From a virus, in the IMG/VR virus record IMGVR_UViG_3300021420_000016, positions 1-64,000 of that record: 64,000 nt of DNA, one strand, 5' to 3'. Each line of letters opens with the position of its first letter. Positions within the stretch are counted from its first letter, which is position 1. The notes under the pieces are model-generated. The model was not told the origin of the DNA. It saw only the letters and a list, made by a program, of their open reading frames with translations, and ran no database searches. Shown in pieces: positions 56,201-64,000 of this stretch. Made by a program: the position numbers and the translations under genes.

Positions 56201-56857
56201 ATGTCGCTGTGGAAACGCTTCGTCGCGCTGCTCCAGTACGAACCCGCGCTGGCGGCGGCGATCGGGCAGATCATCGTCGCTGGGATCATCGCCCGCCATC
56301 ACCCGCTCACCTCCGGCCAGGCTGGGTCGATCGAGGCTGCGGTGGCTGCGGCCGGCGCGGTGATCGTGGGGGTCCTGACACGCCCGTTCCGGGTGCAGGC
56401 CCTCGCCGGCCTTGTCACCGCCGGGGGCACGTTGCTCGCCGCGTTCGCCGCGAACTTCTCGCCGGGGACGGTGTCGTTCTGGAATGCCACCCTGGCTGCG
56501 ATCATGCTCATACTGAGCGCCCAGCGGGTTACCCCGACTATCGCGCTCCGCGGCACGAAGCAAGAGTTACGTAAGTCCTGCGGAAACTGGAAGGCCGCCG
56601 CCTCTCCTCCGGGAGGGGCGGCGGCCTTTTTTTGTGTTGCAAGAGGGGGGCTCCCCGCCCCCGTGGACGGTTGGGTCGGCAGCGAGCCCCCCTCTTTGGT
56701 GCCTGCAGGGCAGGTGCACCCCACCGCGAGAGATCTCTTAACGCCGGCTCGCGGCCCAGCGGCCCCAGTGTCGCGGATCTTGGCGGGGATCCTGCGAACC
56801 GGAGGGCACCACCACGAGTTTCATCTGCCAGCTCGTGGCCCGGCACTTACATGGTGA
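56201..56857 (+). CDS. Holin-like 4-TM membrane protein (true 3' end uncertain, possibly about 56569)
   Basis: SD AGGAGG; EPAL...RVTP holin-like motifs; the ORF runs through a terminator. Confidence 0.6.
   Translation: MSLWKRFVALLQYEPALAAAIGQIIVAGIIARHHPLTSGQAGSIEAAVAAAGAVIVGVLTRPFRVQALAGLVTAGGTLLAAFAANFSPGTVSFWNATLAAIMLILSAQRVTPTIALRGTKQELRKSCGNWKAAASPPGGAAAFFCVARGGLPAPVDGWVGSEPPSLVPAGQVHPTARDLLTPARGPAAPVSRILAGILRTGGHHHEFHLPARGPALTW
56591..56633 (+). terminator. Intrinsic terminator
   Basis: AAGGCCGCCGCCTCTCC / GGAGGGGCGGCGGCC followed by T7. Confidence 0.85.
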
Positions 56858-57441
56858 GACAGGCGCCCGCTTAAGAACAAGGGGGCGAACCGCTAGTTTA
56901 GCGGGCCCCGAACCGGTGCCGCCCGCTTTCCAGTGCCGGCGTGTTCCTGCCCCGCTTGCCCGTGTAGCCCCTGAACAGCCGGCCCAGGCTCTTCCATGGC
57001 GCCCGGCGCCGACTGCGGTGCTGGCCATCCCACACCGCATGGTAAACACCCATCGCATCCCCTCCCTGGCGGTTTCCCTCGTATGACGTTAAGCCTGCAC
57101 GGGCGGTGCACGCCAGCGACTGATTCGTCACTCTCCGGTAAGGCTCGGCGGGCCGGCGCTGCGGGTATCTACCGCAGTAGCCGGGTCCCTCCAGGTGGTC
57201 CCCGGGAGTTTGGCTAGGCGCCGGCCGTTCGTCGGCCTGCGCGCTGCCCAGCGTGATGGCGGCGGCCGGTGCCTAGCGTGATCTTCCACTAGCCCGCGGC
57301 GGGTGCCTTCCGCTAGCATCAGGGACAATGATGTAGTCACGCCGATAGCCTGACCAGCAACCGGCCCCGCCCCTCTGAGGTCCCTCCTTTCCCTTCGCCG
57401 GGAGGTTGCGGCCCGGGCAGGCGGGGCCGGTTGCTTTCGCG

Positions 57442-58905
57442 TTAGGTGTCCTGCTTGGCTTCCCACCACTCGATGTGGTCGCCCTTGGGTACCGGCCGGG
57501 TGACCATGCGCGGTTTCGCAGCCCGGACTGGGGGAGCAGACAGGTTGAACATGGCGGTCAGCGGGTAGGCGAGTTCGTCGTTGACCTCCAGCGGCGGCAA
57601 GCCGAAATTTTGCTCGGTGAATGCCAGGATGGACGTGAACGTCGCCGGGGTGGAGTCGGTGGAATCGGGGACCGCATACGGGGACACTGCGATGAGTGGC
57701 AGCCGGATACCTTCCGCGGTGCCGTCCGGGTCGGAACCTGGTGGCGGCTGGGAGTCGTAGAACCCGCCGTAGTCGTCCCAGGTGATGAGCAGTGCCGTGG
57801 AAGACCACTGCGGGCTGTTCATCACCGCGCTGGCCACCTGGCCTACGTAGTTGTCGCAGGCGGTGATCGAGAACCCGTTGTGGCACGAGTCGGCTGCGCC
57901 GATGGTCGCACCGCCGGCGGTGATCAGGGAGAAGTTCGGCAGCGTCCCTGCTGCGGCGTCGGTGAAGAACTGGCTCTCATCGACCAGGCTGCCGTCCTGG
58001 GGGGTGTCCAGGCAGGAGGCGAACGCCGGGCATGTCGACCAGATGTATCCCGAGTACTGGCCACCCGGGCCGGCCTTGTCGGTTTTGGTGGCGCCGTAGA
58101 TCTTCCACGACAGGCCCGCGGCGTCGAGCCGGTCCATGATCGTGGGCACGTTCAGCACCGGGGTGGGGCGGAACGCGCCGCCGTTCGGCAGGCCGAGGGC
58201 ATAGTCGGGGACACAGGACGGCACCACCTGCTTGCCTATGCCGGATTTCAGCGCTGGCCCCCAGTTCGCCACCTCGTTGCTGTCGCAGCCCCATCCCGGG
58301 CCGCCTGGGCCGCCGGGAACCTTCACCGGGTTGTTGGTGGAAAACCCGTCCGTGGTCGCGGCGACCGCGTACATGTGCCCGATCCACGACGGCTGGCTGG
58401 AGAACTCGAAGAACCGGTCGTTGATCGCGCCCGCATTGGCGAGGGCGATGATGTTGGGAATCTGCGCGGGGGTGTAGCCGCTGACGCAACCGTAGGCCGG
58501 CGCGGCGCAGGAGCCGGCCTGCTCGTTCTGCCAGCCGTCCATCTTCCCGCCGTCCATCGCGGCGAGTTGCGACTGCACCGTGTGGGATTCGGCTGGCACG
58601 ACATCCGGGCTGACCGATGGGGTGACCGCAGCACCGTTGGACAGGGTCACTGACGCGGGCATGGCATCCCCCGTCCCGCACCGGGGGGTGACGCCGTCCG
58701 GCATGGTCGCCGTCTGGCACCAGAACCCGAGGAGATGATCGAACGACTGGTTTTCCAGGTCGAGCACCACAATGTGCTGGATCGGGGAGGTGCCCGCCGA
58801 CGCGGGCCGGACGGCCTGCCCGGGCAGCAGTGCGGCCGACGACGCCACCAGGGCTGCCGGGACGGCCGCCCCGGCGAGCCAGCGTGTTCTGGCCTTAATC
58901 CTCAT
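57442..58905 (-). CDS. Secreted phosphoesterase / phospholipase C-family protein
   Basis: Signal peptide; PIQHIVVLDLENQSFDHLLG, DGGKMDG, ITWDDYGGFYD, RLPLIAVSPYA. Confidence 0.9.
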   Translation of the reverse strand: MRIKARTRWLAGAAVPAALVASSAALLPGQAVRPASAGTSPIQHIVVLDLENQSFDHLLGFWCQTATMPDGVTPRCGTGDAMPASVTLSNGAAVTPSVSPDVVPAESHTVQSQLAAMDGGKMDGWQNEQAGSCAAPAYGCVSGYTPAQIPNIIALANAGAINDRFFEFSSQPSWIGHMYAVAATTDGFSTNNPVKVPGGPGGPGWGCDSNEVANWGPALKSGIGKQVVPSCVPDYALGLPNGGAFRPTPVLNVPTIMDRLDAAGLSWKIYGATKTDKAGPGGQYSGYIWSTCPAFASCLDTPQDGSLVDESQFFTDAAAGTLPNFSLITAGGATIGAADSCHNGFSITACDNYVGQVASAVMNSPQWSSTALLITWDDYGGFYDSQPPPGSDPDGTAEGIRLPLIAVSPYAVPDSTDSTPATFTSILAFTEQNFGLPPLEVNDELAYPLTAMFNLSAPPVRAAKPRMVTRPVPKGDHIEWWEAKQDT

Positions 58906-58966
58906 GAGCGGTTGGGCCCCTAGTAAGGCTTGCTGCCCTGACCCCCGGCCTCTCGTGCTTTCGTTT

Positions 58967-59695
58967 CTAGCAGTGCGAGGCGTCAGGGGCGAAGATGTTC
59001 CCGTCGGCCGGGAGTGAGCCCCAGCTTCCGGCCGAGCCGTCCAGCCACTTGCTGGCGGCCTGCGGGCAGGCACTGTCGGTGCCGAACGCCAGAGTGTAGG
59101 TCCAGTTGCCGGTGGTGCCCAGGTACTCGGCGCCGCCGGTGTTCCCGGAGGTGTCCCAGAACTGGGTGCCGGGGGCGAAGAACTGCTCCACCCAGTTGCC
59201 GGTGCCCGGGGAATCCCCGCTGATGGACGCGGGCACCAGGGACGCATTAGCGGCCTTGGAGTTCGCGTAGAACTTGTAGTTGTAGGTGCCCGTCATGGGC
59301 CCGGTGAGGGTCGCGGTCATAAGCGGCGCCGGGCCACCGTTGAGACCACCCTGGCCGGGGGAGGCGTCACCGGGCACGGTGGTGAAGGTGCCGCTGTCCT
59401 TGATCTGGCCGGTCCAGGCGTAGCAGATGCCCGTGGTGAGGCCGGGGCAGTTGCTCACCGAGGTGGCGAAGTGGAAGGTGATCGTGGCCGTCCTGGTGAA
59501 GGCGTCCGTCGCCCAGTTGTTCGTGGTGCCGTTGCTGTTGGTTCCACTGTCGTCCCGGTTGGTGACACTGGTGGCGGCGGTGAATGTCGTGGGCGCCGCG
59601 TTCGCGCTGCCCGCCAGGGCCGGCGAAACCCAGATCCCGAGAGCGGCAGTGGTGGCGGCAGCGGCCAGTACAGCAGCCCTGAAACGTGTAATCAT
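58967..59695 (-). CDS. Secreted hypothetical protein
   Basis: Signal peptide ending PALA; Thr/Gly-rich. Confidence 0.75.
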   Translation of the reverse strand: MITRFRAAVLAAAATTAALGIWVSPALAGSANAAPTTFTAATSVTNRDDSGTNSNGTTNNWATDAFTRTATITFHFATSVSNCPGLTTGICYAWTGQIKDSGTFTTVPGDASPGQGGLNGGPAPLMTATLTGPMTGTYNYKFYANSKAANASLVPASISGDSPGTGNWVEQFFAPGTQFWDTSGNTGGAEYLGTTGNWTYTLAFGTDSACPQAASKWLDGSAGSWGSLPADGNIFAPDASHC

Positions 59696-59865
59696 GAGAT
59701 TCCTTCCCCCTCGGCGCGGAACGCGCCCGGATTTCGGAAATGTGCCCCCGGTGGCTGAGCCCGCCCCCCTGGGGGCTCAGCTTCACCAAAGACGCGCGCA
59801 CCATAATGTCATACGGCTACCTGACGCCAGGCAACTGTTCCCTTACCTGCGGGTGAGTCTGTCAT

Positions 59866-59901
59866 GTCGCAGTATTGACACGTACGTGTCAATACTGCGA
59901 C
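59866..59901. promoter_or_regulatory. Perfect 36-bp palindrome overlapping a TTGACA -35 element
   Basis: GTCGCAGTATTGACACGT|ACGTGTCAATACTGCGAC between divergent genes. Confidence 0.8.
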
Positions 59902-59910
59902 CGTGAGATC

Positions 59911-60612
59911 ATGCGGAACGTGACAATCACACCCCGGCTCACCACCGCCCTGGACCACGCCTGGGGCGCCATCCAGCAACACCACCCCGACGTCCCGGCC
60001 GTCGTCATCACCCTGGGCGCCGGCTCCCGGGCCCGCGGCCCGCTCAGGCTGGGGCACTTCGCGGAAAACCGGTGGCGGCGAGGCGAAGAGTCACTTCACG
60101 AGCTGTTCGTCGGGGGAGAGGGGCTCGCCCGAGGCGCCCACGACGTTCTCGGCACCCTGCTCCACGAAGCCGCCCACGGCGCCGCCGCGACCCGGGGCAT
60201 CCAGGACACCAGCAGGCAGGGCCGGTTCCACAACGCCCGGTACAAGGCGCTCGCCATGGAACTGGGCCTTGACGTAGCCAAGACCGGCACGATCGGCTGG
60301 TCCGCCACCACGGTCCCGGCCAGTACTGCGGCCTTGTACCACGCCGAGTTGCGGCACCTTGAAGGGGCACTTGTGGCCTACCGGCATCCCGAGGCTGGAA
60401 ACGGCCGCGGCGACCGGGCCAGCAGCAACAACGGGCTCGCCGCCCGGTGCGCGTGCAACCGCCTGATCCGCGCCTCGGAAACCGTACTCACGGCCGGGCC
60501 GATCACCTGCGGCCTGTGCGACACCAATTTCGAGCCGGCCGCCGCTCACCCGGGCAGCATGCAGAATTCCGCGACCAGCACCTCGGCCGCCGGGCACAAG
60601 CCGGGGGAGTAG
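59911..60612 (+). CDS. SprT-like zinc metalloprotein
   Basis: TLLHEAAH...RFHNARY; C-terminal CAC...CGLC. Confidence 0.75.
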   Translation: MRNVTITPRLTTALDHAWGAIQQHHPDVPAVVITLGAGSRARGPLRLGHFAENRWRRGEESLHELFVGGEGLARGAHDVLGTLLHEAAHGAAATRGIQDTSRQGRFHNARYKALAMELGLDVAKTGTIGWSATTVPASTAALYHAELRHLEGALVAYRHPEAGNGRGDRASSNNGLAARCACNRLIRASETVLTAGPITCGLCDTNFEPAAAHPGSMQNSATSTSAAGHKPGE

Positions 60613-61178
60613 GCGTCAACGGCCTCCCGCATGTAGATCATGAGATCCAGCGGGTGACCCTCCTCTAGTTCCTCCGCCAGATCGGGTGCACCATCGGGCG
60701 CGGCCGCCACCACCTGTCCGGCGGTGCGGAGGATCTCCTCGCGCCGGGCCTCCAGCCACTCCTCCTTCGAGGCCACGTTCGCGAGATGCCGCCGCATCGC
60801 GGCCTCGGTGTGCTCGTCCAGGTCAGCCCTGCGAGCCTGGAGCCGCATGTACCGCGCCTGGGCGGCCTGGCGGGTGTTCAGCCCCAGCGCCCGGGCGGCG
60901 TCTCGCCAGGTCCTGGCCGCCTTGCCGGAGGAGATGAGGGTCAGCAGGGCCAGTTCCCGGTGGTCGGCGGTCACATGCAGCCAGCGGATCAGCCGCAGGC
61001 AGTCGATCACGTCCTCGGCGAACACCTTCGGGGGCACGTCCCGGTGCGAGATCACCCACCCGATAGCCCCCGCAGCGTCATCTGGCATGGTCTCAATCCA
61101 GTCCCCACCTGCGGCAATGCGCCGGGCGGCGATGCGCGCGATGACATCGGCCGGGTTCTCGGGAGAGGGGCCATCCAC
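60546..61178 (-). CDS. HTH-containing hypothetical protein
   Basis: TWRDAARALGLNTRQAAQARY. Confidence 0.65.
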   Translation of the reverse strand: MDGPSPENPADVIARIAARRIAAGGDWIETMPDDAAGAIGWVISHRDVPPKVFAEDVIDCLRLIRWLHVTADHRELALLTLISSGKAARTWRDAARALGLNTRQAAQARYMRLQARRADLDEHTEAAMRRHLANVASKEEWLEARREEILRTAGQVVAAAPDGAPDLAEELEEGHPLDLMIYMREAVDAYSPGLCPAAEVLVAEFCMLPG

Positions 61179-61202
61179 GGGGTGTCTCGATCTCTTGACG
61201 GG

Positions 61203-61367
61203 CTACAGCACCGAGACGGTGCCGCGCGTCTCGACGTACACCCGCACTAGCGAAGACTGGCCGCGGTCAGCGTAAGGTTCCGACACTGACACCACATTGA
61301 AGACTAGGCGCAGCCGGTCAACGGCTTCCCGGCGCTCGTCTTCGGTGCCGTGCAGGCGGATCTTCAC
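61203..61367 (-). CDS. Small hypothetical protein
   Basis: MKIRLHGT...SEPYADRG...VRVYV; GTGA coupling. Confidence 0.6.
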   Translation of the reverse strand: MKIRLHGTEDERREAVDRLRLVFNVVSVSEPYADRGQSSLVRVYVETRGTVSVL

Positions 61368-61717
61368 CGGGCTGCCCGCATGCGCTCGCGGCCCCGGCCC
61401 GCCAGCCGAGCCTCCACCGCCCGGCGGATTCCCGTGTGCCCGTCGCCGCAAGCGGGCCCATAGTAGCCAGGGTCAGCCTGCAGCAGCAGGCGGCTGGCCG
61501 CGCCGAGCGCCTCGGCGTAGGCCTCGCCGGCGTCGAGGGTCGCCCCGTATTCGGGGTCGCTCCAGAGTCGCGGCTCCTCCTCCTGGTGCGCCACGCCGAG
61601 CCGGCGCTCAGCTTCCCCCATGTCAGCGCCCGTGCGGCAGCGCCAAGCCGTGTGCGCGTTGCCGAGATGGAAAAGTGCCAGTTCGAGCTGCTGGCGCTCG
61701 TGCGGGGAAACGTCCAT
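61364..61717 (-). CDS. Hypothetical protein
   Basis: SD AGGAGA. Confidence 0.55.
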   Translation of the reverse strand: MDVSPHERQQLELALFHLGNAHTAWRCRTGADMGEAERRLGVAHQEEEPRLWSDPEYGATLDAGEAYAEALGAASRLLLQADPGYYGPACGDGHTGIRRAVEARLAGRGRERMRAAR

Positions 61718-61727
61718 GATCTTTCTC

Positions 61728-62219
61728 CTAATCCAGGCCCAGGGACTGGCGGAGTTCGTCTTCGGTCGCGCCGGTCAGTTCTTTTTCGCGCTCCAGCACA
61801 AGGGCCATGGCCACCCGGATCAGCGTGTTCGCGGTGATGCGTCCGCCACGACCGTGCCGGTTTCTGTTGAGCGTGCGGGCGAGAGCCTCTAGATCAGCGA
61901 GTTGTTCAGGCCGCAGGCGCCCTTCCACGCGTATCAACTCAGGGTGCCGGGCTCGCTTGGCGCCAGCGGCGGGGATTCCGTTGTGACGTGGCTTCTCTCG
62001 CTCGATGGCTTCATTTTCGGCGGCTTTTGCGTCAGCAAGGGTGCCGTACCAAACGACGGTCTTTCGCGCAACCTCAGGCCACCAGGGCTTCTCTGCAGCG
62101 TGCTGATCAAAACGCATCCGGGGGTGATAGGTGCGACCGACGGAGAGCAAGCCGTCGGCGGCATCCCAGAGCCGGTACAACGCCGTGGTGTCGTCGGTGA
62201 ACTCCATCGGCTCCGTCAT
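61728..62219 (-). CDS. GIY-YIG nuclease-like domain fused to an RHH-like plasmid partition-partner domain
   Basis: ALYRLWD...LLSVG...RFDQH...KPWW...[14 protein letters not shown]; RLRPEQL...[11 protein letters not shown]. Confidence 0.7.
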   Translation of the reverse strand: MTEPMEFTDDTTALYRLWDAADGLLSVGRTYHPRMRFDQHAAEKPWWPEVARKTVVWYGTLADAKAAENEAIEREKPRHNGIPAAGAKRARHPELIRVEGRLRPEQLADLEALARTLNRNRHGRGGRITANTLIRVAMALVLEREKELTGATEDELRQSLGLD

Positions 62220-62226
62220 GAGGCCC

Positions 62227-62370
62227 CTATCTGCCCTAGCAAGGCTAGCTGTCCTGATGATACTGCTAGGCCTGCCTGTTCTGCTAGAACTATCATGGCT
62301 GGATATACGCCACACTGTCCAATCTATGCTAGATCTATCAGGTCTGCGGGCTTCCGCAGGTCTGATAGAT
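62227..62370. repeat. parS-like array of degenerate 9-bp direct repeats (CTGCTAGNN-type)
   Basis: Phased units CTATCTGCC CTAGCAAGG CTAGCTGTC CTGATGATA CTGCTAGGC CTGCCTGTT CTGCTAGAA CTATCATGG... upstream of parA. Confidence 0.7.
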
Positions 62371-62388
62371 CGTAGTACACTTCCTCGC

Positions 62389-63051
62389 ATGGTCCAAGCA
62401 CGCCTCCGCGAACCGTATGTCGTGGCCGTCGCCTCCCAGAAGGGGGGAGTAGGCAAGACGACACTGGCCCTCGAACTCGCGGCCGCCGTCGCCGCGTCCT
62501 CTGGCCGGGCGCTCCTAGTGGACATTGACCCCCAGCGGTCCGCCGAGGAGATCGTCGCCTCCTCGCGGAACGTGCCGTTCGACTTCGCCGCCGAAGACAA
62601 TCCCGGCGTGCTCAAGCAACTGCGCACCATCCGCGACTACGACACGATCATTGTCGACACCCCGGGCAGTCTGGAACTCGCCGCCATCCTCGACGGCGTC
62701 CTCGCCTCAGCCACGTTCGCGCTCATCCCGATGGTGCCCGAGCGCGCAGCCGTGCAGCCGACCATCCGCACCGCTCGCATGTGCAAGGATCGCGGCGTGC
62801 CTCACCGGGTCGTCATCAACATGGCCGACCCGCTCCGCGGCCAGGGGCCCGTGGACGCGGCATGGCGGCTCCTGGATGAACTGGAGATCCCGCGGATGCG
62901 ATCCAAGGTGCGCCGGTACGTGAGCCACAGCCAAGCGCAGCTCGACGGGCAGATGATTACCGAGTACCACGGGGACCGGTCCTGGCAGGCCGCCCTCAGT
63001 GACATCAGGGGGGTTCAGGCCGAAATGCTCCTGGAACTGGGGAGACGATGA
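62389..63051 (+). CDS. parA: ParA-family partition ATPase (short, type Ib-like)
   Basis: QKGGVGKTT deviant Walker [18 protein letters not shown]. Confidence 0.93.
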   Translation: MVQARLREPYVVAVASQKGGVGKTTLALELAAAVAASSGRALLVDIDPQRSAEEIVASSRNVPFDFAAEDNPGVLKQLRTIRDYDTIIVDTPGSLELAAILDGVLASATFALIPMVPERAAVQPTIRTARMCKDRGVPHRVVINMADPLRGQGPVDAAWRLLDELEIPRMRSKVRRYVSHSQAQLDGQMITEYHGDRSWQAALSDIRGVQAEMLLELGRR

Positions 63052-63383
63052 TGGCGCGCAGGGACCTAGCTGCCCTGGTGGGCACGCGCGACCCAGCGCC
63101 GGAGCCCGCCGCTACTCAGCCGCCGCCGGTGCCGTCAGTCATCTCTGCTAGACCTGCGAGGCCTGCCAGAACTGCTAGAGTACCCCGGCCGACTCCGCCG
63201 CCGGCGGATATGACGATGCGCAGTTGGTACATGCCGCGGCGAGCTGCGAGTCGCCTTGCGGAACTCGTGGACGACATCCACTACGGCACCAGGTTGCCCA
63301 AGCACCTGATCATGGCAGCCGCGGTGGACGTCCTGGACCGCCATCGTGAAGAAATCGAAACCGAGGCTAGGGGGCAAGCATGA
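63048..63383 (+). CDS. ParG/RHH-type centromere-binding partner of ParA
   Basis: Coupled to parA; disordered Pro-rich N-terminus, C-terminal beta-alpha-alpha (RSWYMP...LAELV...KHLIMAAAV). Confidence 0.7.
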   Translation: MMARRDLAALVGTRDPAPEPAATQPPPVPSVISARPARPARTARVPRPTPPPADMTMRSWYMPRRAASRLAELVDDIHYGTRLPKHLIMAAAVDVLDRHREEIETEARGQA

Positions 63384-63730
63384 GCGCGCCGGCCGTGAGT
63401 AAGTGGTGGTACTTAGACCTCGCCGCCGAGTTCCCCGAACTAGAGATCTACATGGGCGGCTGGAAGTCCGGGCAGGAGAGGGACCTGCTTGAACTCGGAG
63501 ATCGAGTCATGATCGAGGAATCCGGCTGGCTAGCGACATGGGTCTACTCGAAACTGCGTGAACGGGTATGGGCGGGTGTCATCTACATGCTCCGCTCTGT
63601 GCAGGAGCGGGCGCGCGAGAGGGATCCAGACGCACTGGAACTGGATAACATTCCTTCAGACTGGCGCCCCGACCTCGAAGCATGGGAACGAGACCGCAGG
63701 TATCCACTGCTGGCCGGTGATGGCGAATGA
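63380..63730 (+). CDS. Hypothetical protein
   Basis: ATGA coupling. Confidence 0.55.
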   Translation: MSAPAVSKWWYLDLAAEFPELEIYMGGWKSGQERDLLELGDRVMIEESGWLATWVYSKLRERVWAGVIYMLRSVQERARERDPDALELDNIPSDWRPDLEAWERDRRYPLLAGDGE

Positions 63731-64000
63731 GCGGCCACCCGACGGTCACCGTCGTGCATCCGGCCGGCGGTGCCGCCGAAATCGATATTCTCATGGCGGG
63801 CCTGATCCGCGAATGCTGGCGGCTCGGCATCGGCACGTCGGAATGCTGTCAGGAAGCAGTGCCTGGCACGGCAGAGATCGGGTTCCTGACCCTTGGCGAC
63901 ATGGAACGCTTCTACGACCTGATCGCCGGCCCCTGCGGCGACAGCCTGTTTTACGCCTGGAGATGGGATCTGTGGGCAGACGCAGGCCTGCGCGGCGAGC
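63727..64000 (+). CDS. Hypothetical protein, 3'-partial
   Basis: ATGA coupling; EID...LIRECWRLGIGTSECCQ. Confidence 0.55.
   Translation, partial: MSGHPTVTVVHPAGGAAEIDILMAGLIRECWRLGIGTSECCQEAVPGTAEIGFLTLGDMERFYDLIAGPCGDSLFYAWRWDLWADAGLRGE

Noticed and set aside
62227-62370. CRISPR array
   Set aside because: 9-bp degenerate units without spacers; no cas genes
62131-62388. Hydrophobic N-terminal extension of ParA
   Set aside because: Artefact of translating the 9-bp repeat array (Leu every third residue); ATG 62389 with a -10 box is the better start
1-64000. tRNA/tmRNA genes, integrase or att site
   Set aside because: None recognisable by eye; tRNAscan or ARAGORN would be needed to exclude them

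Overview
High-GC (about 70%) actinobacterial tailed-phage DNA. It is probably a temperate phage kept as a plasmid: a ParA/ParG-like pair and a parS-like repeat array lie at 62.2-63.4 kb, and no integrase is seen in the window. The + strand carries the late operon in this order: head morphogenesis protein (partial), Thr/Gly-rich decoration or fibre genes, XkdF-type prohead protease, a large scaffold-like protein, the major capsid protein, a sugar-modification cassette, head-tail genes, tail tube, a -1 frameshifted tail assembly chaperone, tape measure, minor tail proteins, a second tail-tube paralogue and the lysis genes. Small antisense genes are interspersed, several with leaderless promoters. 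Three highlights were read directly from the sequence. (1) The major capsid gene is split into five exons (one only 54 nt) by four group I introns of two core types that share a common 3' module; intron 2 encodes a Vsr/DUF559-type homing endonuclease. (2) The GT4-GT2 glycosyltransferase gene has a 7-nt coding gap that begins with the rare TTA codon, a candidate for UUA-triggered translational bypassing. (3) A free-standing HNH nuclease carries 14 tandem C4 zinc-finger repeats with hypervariable loops. Family names come from motif recognition, not database searches.
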